64,000 nucleotides of DNA from Bispira polyomma (Eukaryota), in assembly GCA_965649765.1 (NCBI GenBank), contig OZ287751.1, positions 66,650,001-66,714,000 of the forward strand. Direction: 5' to 3'. The notes beneath the pieces were generated by a model. That model saw only the letters and a list, made by a program, of their open reading frames with translations, searched no databases and had not been told where the DNA came from. The translations under genes and the position numbers were made by a program. Numbering within the stretch: position 1 is the first letter of the stretch; the number at the start of each line of letters is the position of its first letter. Positions 53,365 to 64,000 of this stretch are shown piece after piece.

Positions 53365-53985
53365 TCTAAAGAATCAGAAATTATATGTCACTAGATACTG
53401 CTATCACTGTGGCCAATGCTCTTGTAAGTGGCCACCTTGACTACTGTAATTCTCTTCTGTATGGAGACAATAAGTCCAACATAAACAAGTTGCAGTTCAT
53501 TTAAAACTATCTATGTAGAGTTATCTTTCGTTTAGGAATCCGTACTGATGTCACTCCATACCTCAAGAGACTTTACTGGCTTCCTATTCACTATCGAATC
53601 CTGTTTAAATGCACGTAACCATCTTTAAAGCTGTTGTCTCTCAACAGCCTCACTACCTCGTTACTAAACTCTCCTTCAGCAGCCTTAAAAGGGGAAAAGA
53701 CTCTCTGTTTCCTCTAAAACACCCACCAATAGGGTTGGATCTAGAGCCTTCTCAGTTGCGGCCCCTATGTTATGGAACAGCCTTCCAGTTGAACTTTGAC
53801 TGCTTGAAACACTTTCTGGTTGGGGAGAAAGCTTAAAACCTATCTCTTCAGGCTCGCCTATCCTCTCCCTAGATGCTGATGCATCCATCTTTAAGGCTAT
53901 GTTTTTCGATTTTTCTATTGGCTGATTGATTCTGAGGTTGCGCTTTAGGAGTTGCCTAACATCAATAAGGTGCGTTAAAAATGTA
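53365..53985 (+). mobile_element. L2-group LINE 3' fragment
   Basis: TAITVANALV..HLDYCNSLLYG and .WLPI..RILFK. Same family as 12950-13590. Confidence 0.9.
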
Positions 53986-54464
53986 CAATACAATGTATCA
54001 CAAATAAGTCTGTGAATAAAAGTCATCTTATGTGCCTGACTAGCCGTTTACTCAAGACCTGAACTTGGCTGATTGTGAGAGAAAAGGTGGAAAAATGTTT
54101 ATTTGCATTTGCATATATTTGCATCCCCCGTTTATGACTCGTTTTAGCCCTGTTTATGCCCAGTTTATATAACGTTTTCTCCAGTTCTCTCTGGTTCTGC
54201 TTTCAGAGCCCTCCACTCACGGAAATTTTGACCAGGTTTGAAATGGGGCAAGAACAAGAACATGGATAGTGTGAACCCCACTTTAGTAAATGCTCTCCCA
54301 TTTGTGGAATGTGTGAAGTTTCAAAGTGACAATTTGTGTGACGAAAGTGACAGTATGTGTCGTAAAGGTTGCAGTGCATGGCAGAAGGTTTGGGTTTTTT
54401 TCCTATGTCTGCAAACATTCGGAAAAGTGATTGATTTTCGTTTAGCATTTGTTTGTAAAAATTG

Positions 54465-54600
54465 GGATTAGTGACTATAAGTGTATATTTGTTGCATGTT
54501 AGTGACAGATTATTGTCCATAAATGTGTGTTTGTTCCATGTTAGTGACAGATTAGTCACCATAAGTGTGTATTTGTTCCATGTTAGTGACATCTCTGTGA
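54465..54600. repeat. 42-bp tandem repeat (~3 copies)
   Basis: Unit TTAGTGACAGATTATTGTCCATAAATGTGTGTTTGTTCCATG. Confidence 0.7.
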
Positions 54601-57600
54601 CATGTTAGAGTCAGAAGACACAAGATTAGTTTTAACAATTTTGATATCATTGTGTCATTTGAAAACCTAGACGGATTGGTCATTTTCAGCATCGCCAAGT
54701 TTGTTTGTCCACCTCCACAACTACCTACATAAAATTTCATGTATGTCAAAATGAGACCAGGCCTTAACAAAACTATGTACTAACATTCCCATCAAATTAA
54801 AACAAAATTACAAATTTATGTCTAAAACTCTTTGCGTAACTTATGGAAAGGGTCCGTACCTCTATCTTGTGTGAAAGTATAATTATTTCTACTCAATAGA
54901 CAAAGGGGACACAGAGATTTAACAAACTAACCAATGGACAAAGGGGATACAGAGATTTAACAGACAAATCAACCAATGGTCAAAAGGGGCACAGAGATTG
55001 AAACATACCAACCAATGGACAAAGGAAACAGAGATTTAAACAATTATAAACATAACATTTAATCCTATTATGTTCGTACATTATTAAACTTAAACTTGAA
55101 TTATTTTGAGATCTGAGGACGAATATATGCAGTATTTGTGTAACACATACTAAATATAGTGGACACAATTTATTTATAATTGAACAAATATGGTCACAGT
55201 CAGTTCAAATTAGTATAAAACCCAAAACTGATCATAATAAGCCAGTAAGCAGCAAATATTAAAAAACTACATATTACATGAAATAATTTGATGTGTGTTT
55301 GTGCCAGTTATAGATATATCATCCTTGTGTCACATTGTGGTTGGCAGGACAGATCTGATGTCAAAGGAGTTTGTTGATCACTTTCGGCCCTATGTTGTCG
55401 GCTATGATTCAGCGGCATTTGTTACTCCCAGAATCTATGTCTGTCGGCAGGCAGTCAACACCCTAAAAATATTATTTCATTTTACTTCAGTTGCTTGCTA
55501 TAGCCAATTGTTAGTACAGCAGACTGCCCCATTTTAAATAATTGTATGTGAGGCTGTTATTGACTGCTGGAAGTAGTCTGTGGTGTATGTTTTATGGATT
55601 CTGTAACCTTTACCAAAGAATTCCCTTCAAGTTCCGGTGATAGTTTTCTCTTGGGTCAAAAGGGTTAAATAGATAACCTACATGCTAGGTGCTATAAAAA
55701 GTATTGAAAAGGATTTTTTCTATAAACTAAGACTATTAATTGTATTTTTCTTAATTTAAAATTAGAATCAGTTTGTATGTCACTATTCTCTAAAATACCA
55801 TCAAGTGTAATGACAAAAAAGGAATATGAATACAGTCACATTACACAACACCCACATTTTATAATGTAAATATAGATGTTCACAATTGTCTCTTTTACAC
55901 TATAGTGTTTTTTTCATCCGATGTCAAATAAATATTTAAATATTTCCTAGACAACAATAACAGTTTATTTTAACAACAAAAAAAAAGAACATCAGTAAAG
56001 TTCTATTGGTGATTCCCCTTTGATATTCTAAATAGGGATGCTGATCCCCTTTTGGTACATAGTGTTACAACATATTTCCCATAACATACACATGAGACAA
56101 TTTTACCTTAATATCCATTGTTCCTCCCCCTTTGGAAATCATACTAATTAGATTTTATACTGCACTTGCTAAATCAAACAACTGTAATTAATGTATTTAA
56201 TGAACTGTTTGATCAGTTGACGCTTTATTTAGTTTTTAGCAAATGTGTTTTCATTACAAAAGATACCATCCAACTCAAATACACTAGATTGCTTAATAAC
56301 TGCCTTATTTTTTCAGCAAGTAAGGTTTATTTACAAAAAAATATCACCCAGCTCAAATGCAGTAGATTCCTGAATAACTGCCTGTATCAAATTAGCAACA
56401 CCCCATAATGTGAATGAGGTTTTGCAAATAATCAGTGATTATCAGTGAATTGTGGACTATTGTTTGGTCATACTGTGTTAGAAATTTAAAATAATAATCA
56501 ATGATGGGCTAAAGCCCAGCTCTTACATTGACAGTGATGTGAAATGCAACATTTCTCCCCCAACACTATGAAGAGTAATGTCAAACTTCTATTTTTTTAC
56601 TGTCCCTATTATTTTACAAATGGTTTGAGTTCATTACCCAGTCTCCTCTTTCTGAACTTGCATCAAATTTACTTATGGAATGGATATAAAACCTCATCAA
56701 ATGGCACAAAATATGAACGTCTACAATATATACTCACAAAACAACACATCAAAGACAGACATATAAATAATAAAAACATATATCAAAAGCATATGTCAGA
56801 GTAAAAATGTATTAATTTAGGGTAAAGTAATTTGCATAAATGTGCAAAGAAGTATTCAAAAGTAACCCTGTTTGCCTAATTTTATATTTCATCCTAGGGC
56901 CTAAACTTAGTCCACAGGAGATTTTTGTCACACAGTGTTACCAATCTATAGGATGTTAATGTTGGTACAGTCTCTTTGTATTTGGCTTTAAAGTACTGCT
57001 GTAAAGGTACTATACAGTTCTTGTAGATGCATGTAAATTGGTAAACACCTCCACCCATATATGCCCAATAAAGGAACACTAAATATGTAACAATAAAAGT
57101 GAGATGTGTGCTGGAAACATAGGTTAGAACATCAAAAATACCACCCTTGTGTTGAATCAACACCATTAAGTTTGTTCCAAACTACTTTGCCTTGTTGCAG
57201 GTTTAGCACTAATTTTGCTGTCTTATTTGCAACGTTATACTGTATTATATTATACAACGCTAACTATTATACTATGCCATATTATCCGATACCACACCAC
57301 TCTATTACATTTTTCACGTGTATTTTTGAGTGGTAAAATGTCCACATTTCTTTGACTTGAAATTCGTTATTCTGACTCTAACATGGCAAACTAAAATGTA
57401 TCTAACGTTGGCTTTATTTAGAATTGTATTACTCTACTGTGTAGAACTTGGAAATCAATCTTCAACACAGTAGTCCAAGATTTTACCATACTTTATAACC
57501 AATCAAAATTGGCAACTGATGCTTAGGAAATGTTGATCAAACTATATGGATATCCCTACTACACAATGTAACATCATACCATTAGTATAATATACATCAT

Positions 57601-58199
57601 ACAATATATCACCATAGCATATACCACCATACCATAACATACCACATCACAGCACATCAAAGCAAAAAATAACTGGTTTGATTGAACACAGATGAATTAA
57701 AAATGTAATAAATCTGCAGCAATTGTTAATTAGTTTAAGACTGATTCTTGGTTTTTAGGCCAGGTGACACCTACAAGTAGGTGTTAGCTGGACTTATCAC
57801 ATCCCTTAGGTGTATATATGGTATATACGGAAAAGGCCTCAAAATGGTTGCCGACAAGATAATCTCTGATAAGCTGCTAAGAGTTGAGCTTTCAAATTAA
57901 CACAGAATATTTGGCATACTCTGTATATGACTCATTTTTTTTATAACATTCCGCCTACTAGTATAATGGTCTATCAAACATTTTGCAGCTCTATCGGGTC
58001 CTAACTCGGCTCAGAAATTGCTCTGTTTCTTACCATGAAAAAAAATTGTGAAAATACAGAAAATTTCAGCTTCTACTCTTTCACCCTTTATGTCTTTTTT
58101 AGAGGATAAACATTGGCTAAAGATCACCTCCTCATATGGTGACAAAGCCTTTGGAAAAGCAGCAACCAAAACTGTGAATCAGTGACATCTTTTCATTAT

Positions 58200-58690
58200 T
58201 ATAGAATACCATACAACACCATATCACATCATAGCATACCATGCAATGCTATACCATAGAATACCATACAACACCATATCATATCATAGCATATCATCTG
58301 TACCATAGAATACCATACAAGGCCACATAGCGTCTTACTATTGGCATTCTATGCCATATCATACATCACCATACCATATAACACCATACCATAGCATTGC
58401 ACGTGGTATTATGCAATATATTATATCTAGAGCATACCCATATCACATTATAGCATGGCATGTAATGCTGTACCATAGAATATCACACAACACGATATGA
58501 TACTATGCCAACCCCTGCGATGCTGTACGATAACATACCATCTCATACTATGCCATTGTGCTATTTTATACTATTTTACTGTATCCTATGTACGAGTCTA
58601 TGTTATACTACTACTGCAGTTTGTTATGCTTTTCTTTGTCATTCTGTGTGACACTATACTATAGTATTGTATATTGTAAATAATGGTTCC
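58200..58690. repeat. Degenerate (CATAC/ATACC)n pentanucleotide microsatellite
   Basis: 5-bp periodic ACCAT/ATCAT/AGCAT runs. Smaller tracts occur at ~52170-52300 and ~57570-57660. Confidence 0.7.
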
Positions 58691-59280
58691 ATACTATATT
58701 TTTTCCTAGTACCAGATTATGGTCTTATCTGATCCACTTTACGATGCAGAAGTTATAATGCAATGTTATGGTGCTTGATAATAATGCAGGATTAAACAGA
58801 TTTGTTTAAATGTTCTCTTACCTTATCACAAAATAAAATACTACATTATGTGAATTAATTTCCAATGCAGCTCTGTGGATATAAACAAGCATATTTTAGA
58901 TAATCAATTTAATTTGCCAAAAGGAAATATAATGTTTTATTTTTGTGCCTGCATTGTTGTTAACACTAAGAATTTCTTCATATGTTTGTCTGCGTACAGT
59001 CTAGACATAAATCCGTGATCTGCAGCGACAAATTCATTCAATTATTTACATGGGATAATGCAATGGCCATTTTTGGACACCATTTTCAGTAGCTCTGCAG
59101 ACAATGTCACATATATATGTTCTGTTACCTACTCATAAAAAAGTCACTATATATATCTGAAGTTTGACATATAGAAATAACTTTCCTAAAATATTTAGCC
59201 GAAAATTCGATAGATAGCTTTTATGCCAGGCTCAAGGCCCACATTTAAACCAGAAACTGATCCAATAGCATAACTGTTTA

Positions 59281-59382
59281 GCCTACGCTTCCTTTCAGCA
59301 TGTTTTTATCGGCCGACGTCGGATCGGATCGGACACCTTCAAATCGGCCGACGTCGGAATGTGCTGAAAGGAAGCGTGTAAG
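59281..59382. mobile_element. Minimal Harbinger-like MITE (near-perfect ~100-bp hairpin)
   Basis: TTA flanks. ACGCTTCCTTTCAGCA pairs with TGCTGAAAGGAAGCGT, and there are two ATCGGCCGACGTCGGA units. Confidence 0.8.
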
Positions 59383-62300
59383 TTAGCAATACCAAAGGCT
59401 CATACCTATGACTGACCACCCTAAATATATCACAAATAAATTTGTGTCGAAAAGTGACCTTGAAGGTTTTAAAACGTTTTAGCAACTTCTAAGTATATGA
59501 GGTTTAGTAGCTCTGCCGGATCTTCTATTTGTGGCTGGTTTAAGGGGTCTTTCCCAACATTTGTTGAAAGTGACGATTCGTGTCAAGAAACAGACAGTAT
59601 GTCTCACAAACATTGCCGTACGTGGCAGAAGGTGTGGGTTCGTTTTCCCTATGTCTCTATCAGTCTGAAAATGTGAGCAAAAGTGTTCCATTTTCGTGGG
59701 CATTAGTCTCCAAAAGTGAGAGGTGTAACCATAAGTGTTGATTCGTTCTATGCTAGGGAGAAATTAAGTGTGTGTATGTATGTGTACGTTAAAATGAAAC
59801 CAGACCTTCACAAAAAATTAAAATTCAACACAGTTTGGTGCATGATGTTTACAACAGTTGTTAGTCAAATATGATTTATTATAAATACATTCCATTGCTA
59901 TGTACTAACATTCCTATCGAATTAAACAAAAAGTCCATGTCTAAAACTCTGTGTATAGCTCAAAGAAAGGGATAGTACCTCTACTTAATTACATAGAAGT
60001 ATAAATATTGCTGCTCAGACCCTGAACATTAGTAGGTCATCTTTAGGTACTGCACCTAGCAAATTCAATTAATGAATTGACAGTATGCTAGTAGATCTAA
60101 ATTTCAATGAAGATTTTAAAAAAAAATTGTTGTATATTCATGATGTTAAAGGCAGTAAATTTATCTCTGATAAAATTAATACACTTTTACAGTGTACAAA
60201 TAAGGTTGCAACAATACTAATTTATGGGTATGAGATTTCGCTAACAACACTTATGTGATTAAATAAGGTAAATTTTTTGTAATTTGGGGTTATATCCCGC
60301 ACCCCGAACCCTCTTTATGTAATTAGGTTTGAAATAAATCCTCCAAATACATTTCAATTGTTAGTTAATTTTAATTTACAATAAAAACTTGCATAAACAA
60401 AAAAAATGGTAAAATAAATCAATAAAAAGTAGTATGCTTAGCATGAACTCACAAACAGAGACTTCACAGTGGATAAACGTTAAAACCTTTAAGAGGTCAC
60501 TATGTATCTTATCCAATCTTTGGTCTTCTAGAGTACATTATAGATATGATTAGAACACTGTTAAAAGCTTTCATATGTTCACACCATTTTAATGTTTATT
60601 CTTGCATCAAGCACCAACATACAGTACACTGGTTATACTGAATTGTAAGTTTCTATCTTATATAACTATGGAGACAACTTATGCTGCAAGCTATGTTTAC
60701 TGACTAATGAGTGAAATAGGAGTACAATGACATGTTTTTGTAGGACCTGATAGGTTTTAAGCAGCCCAACTTGGTTAAAAACTTATACTTAACCTAACTT
60801 CAAAAATATTGAAATTAATAAAAACAATATACTGAAATACAACTTTTGGTTAAAAACCCTTGTAATATTATAAATATTTTGAAATTTCATTTACTGAATA
60901 ATTTAAGTAAGGTCTTGACTATTCTCAGAGTCAAAGATCATTTTCTTGGAACAAAATTTAGTGAATAAAAAAAATTAGCAATCCTGAGTTTTCTAAGAAT
61001 AATTCTAGGTATTTTAAGCTAGTCATTTTTTTACTTTAGGATGTTCATGTAGGCTTGAATAATTATATAATATATTAAAGGGTTTCAAAATAGAATAAAT
61101 AAAAACAAGAATAAACAAGACTATATATATTGATTATTCAGACTGGTTTAAGCACGACACTTCACTACAACGCACCACACGGCAATTTAACTTAGGGAAA
61201 TCTAAAAAAAACATTGCGGTGTTGCCTATATTGTCAGTCTAAACAGTGTGTTCCACTATTAAGTACGATCTGCAGGATGGGCCTAATTTTGAGATTGGGC
61301 CATCAGGGCGAAAACATCAATAAATGTAATATTTTGTGCGGGAAAATAAAAATGTGGGACAACCTTCCAGATCACACTGATTGCATTCCTTTTTGATGGG
61401 ACACCGAACACGATCAAACTTGAAATCCGTACTAAGGCTGCCCCGGCTTCGCTGACCCAGGTTTCGATCGAACTTCCTGGCAATAGGATCTGACCTATCA
61501 CCCTAGGATCAAACGTATCGGCAATAGGATCTGGAAAAATAAATTACCAAATGGTCTTATAATTTTCCTGACCACCCTGTTCGCCCCGTTTTTGCTCTCT
61601 GACCTATACGTTTTAGGACAAGTGTTGTGACAGGCCTGAAGTGAGAAACCTATCATGCAGAACGTAAAGACAATCTGATCGAACTTATTCGGCGATACCA
61701 ACCTTCATGTTTATCAGGGTCAGGGAGCTAGTCCGGGGGACTTTTATAAAATATCAAACATCTTTTTCGCATATTTATTTTTATTGACATTTATGATATT
61801 CCACATTATGATATATACACCTAAACATACATACCTAAAAATGTGTTTAATAAGAACTTGGAAAGTGACAGTGATAGGGATATAGATGTAGCAAATCTTT
61901 TATATTTAATATTGGAGATGAAATCTTGACCAGTGGTGCATAAATAAAGCCAGTATCTTGATATGTACAGGGAGGCATTTAGTGGAATAGTGTATTCATT
62001 AACCTTTAACAAAATAGTTTTTGTGTTTCAAATAATAGGTATCACTTTCCAACATAAACTTACATCATTTGTAATTTAACCTTATAATTTGAATATAAAT
62101 GTATGCCTATACTTATGTTCATCTATGTATGCACATTACACATGCAGAACTTAATACTGTTCCTGATAAATCTTTAGTAATTACTAGCTACTCCTGAATC
62201 CACATGTAACACAAGACGGTTCTATATGTTTTACGACAATCCTAAAATGGTACATACTAAAGGAACATTCCAATGATTACAGACAAACAGCAATTTATTA

Positions 62301-62862
62301 AATTGTAACATGTGGTATGAAGTATTAATGCAGGAAATCTTGGTATCAAGGGAAATGTTTTAATGAGGGATTCTCGACTATAAATTTAGTTTTTCAAATT
62401 AAGATTTTATTACTTGTTTTAGTCAAATTTCATTGGTTTGTTTATCCAAAACAGAAGCACAGCAAATCACGTTTTATATGTAGATACTCAAAAAGTCGAA
62501 TTGGCTTGCTACCACAATAGATTAAAATGAAATTCATCATCAAATGTGAGTTTAAATTTGTAACTTCTAGAGAAAGGTTTTTATTATTGAATTTAATTTG
62601 CTGAGATGATTTTAAGAATTTACTGGACAGGGTGTGGCTGGGTTGTATTTTAGTGTATGAATACATAGATACAATTATTAAGACTAAACCTTTAAGGTTA
62701 ACATTCAATTCTAATACTGTCGTAGCAGATCTATGCACTCAGCCCTAATTCCATCATATTTAATGTTCCAAAATATTAAAATTTTTAGCATGAAAACTAC
62801 TTTCATTTTCACTAAATTCTAGAATTTAGCCACAGTTTAACCTTTTTAGTGTAATCACAACA

Positions 62863-63873
62863 TTAGTTAAATTCACTCTCTACAATTGGGGTTGATGGTT
62901 TCTCTTGTCCAGCATTACTTGTTTTTCTTTCAATTGTCATATATCTAAATGGCTTTCCCCAAGTCACACAGTATAGACCATATACACATAAACACATACA
63001 GCATGTATGCCCTAATGCTGTATAAAATATACTCTCAATATTGACATGGTCATACAAATAACCTTGGAATCTTAAAAATATTATAAAAGACATATTCCTA
63101 AATAATCTCACCACTGCCAGATGTGTGCACAATGGAGTTATATAATGATCCACACAGGATAAGATTGTGGCATAGGAAGGACCCATAAATATGTAAAATA
63201 AACTAACAAAAACATATAGGCCAACTTTGTACTTTATTCCAAGTACCAAAGCCCCAACTGAAGCTATAACCAATCCATGGACTTCAATCATCAACATGGA
63301 CTTTACTGCCAAAAATCTGGTAAAACATATTGCGCATACAAAGCTGGAGAGGCCCTGACACAAAGTTGTAATTGCTACCAATCTTGCTGCTTCAGGCGGT
63401 CCAATCTTTAAGTGACTGTCCACAGCATAGAGAGATAAAAATGGGCCCATACTCACAAACGAACCCGTGAGAAATATTTGAAAGACTATAAACAGCAGAA
63501 ATATCTTAATACCAAAGGCAATGCCTTTATTGCTCCATTTTAATGGCCTGACGATATCTTTCCAATGGTACACCTCTTCCATCTGCTGCCCCATCTGCGT
63601 ATGATTTGTCTTGCAACACTGTAGGAACAAAAACAGCAAGGCGACAAGCGAAAGATATGATCCAGCAATAAAAGAAGCTGACATTACCATATGATATGTT
63701 TGTACTTGTAGTTTCTCCAGTTCTAGATGAGTGTGCCGTATGTGATCGTTTTGAAACAAACAAACTTGCTATCTCTGCTCCTACAGTGGCTCCAATTGGA
63801 TACCCAAGATGTGCAGCAAGCATGGGAGACTGGCTTTTGCTTCCCCACATCGTTAGAATCACATTGTTTGCAA
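62863..63873 (-). CDS. Large terminal exon of an MFS transporter (MFSD4/sodium-dependent glucose transporter 1-like), with one frameshift
   Basis: Acceptor TTTTTTTTTGTAG before 63873. Reads ANNVILTMWGSKSQSPMLAAHLGYPIGATVG (TM4-5-like), then shifts frame near 63670 into FIAGSYLSLVALLFLF plus six more hydrophobic helices (FLSLYAVDSHL, GPSYA, QGYLYD). Upstream exons were not found. Confidence 0.8.
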
Positions 63874-64000
63874 CTACAAAAAAAAATATGGATTAGTTTT
63901 AATGATTTAATTGGTGTTTAACTGCACTGCCTGTTAATACATCAACTCGAAGGACACTAAGTCGAGTGCATACCTCCACCAAGAGGCCAGAGTACCAAAA

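Larger units (their letters stand above)
45968..54893. repeat. Tandem segmental duplication, copy A
   Basis: Colinear blocks shared with 54894-60016: 48720-49290 with 55125-55680, 49880-50400 with 55990-56530, 51060-51600 with 56805-57350, 52300-52590 with 58840-59190, and 54815-54893 with 59935-60016. Confidence 0.9.
54894..60016. repeat. Tandem segmental duplication, copy B (begins with ~4 units of the 39-bp satellite, 54894-55042)
   Basis: See copy A. The end of copy A (..AATTATTTCTACTCA) matches the end of copy B (..AAATATTGCTGCTCA). Confidence 0.9.

Noticed and set aside
61150-61740. GC-richer segment with a repeated GGCAATAGGATCTG and short ORFs
   Set aside because: It is probably a transposon remnant, but no termini, TSD or protein motif could be supported.

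Overview
AT-rich, repeat-dense metazoan DNA, probably a mollusc (inferred from the SINE tails, the Helentron-type MITEs and the MFSD4-like transporter). Host genes: (i) the first coding exon of ABTB1 on the minus strand at 708-763; (ii) a four-exon ANKRD60-like locus at 20516-25202 with in-frame stops and no visible 3' exons; (iii) an intact 10-Cys colipase/prokineticin-fold terminal exon at 26926-27177; (iv) the frameshifted last exon of an MFSD4/NAGLT1-like MFS transporter at 62863-63873. The rest is LINE, SINE and MITE debris, three satellites and a diverged tandem duplication at about 46-60 kb. The most notable observation is a 7.3 kb minus-strand block at 3030-10364. It reads: an ATG-less, intronless NADAR (YbiA-like) domain in the ORF1 position, a 3.4 kb spacer containing an ~80-bp repeat array, an L1/Tx1-type ORF2 (APE endonuclease, RT, zinc knuckle), then AATAAA and an A-tail. 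This suggests a retrotransposon family that carries its own ADP-ribose-removing N-glycosidase. That linkage is inferred from one dead copy and needs multi-copy confirmation. All coordinates were read by eye and no searches were run.
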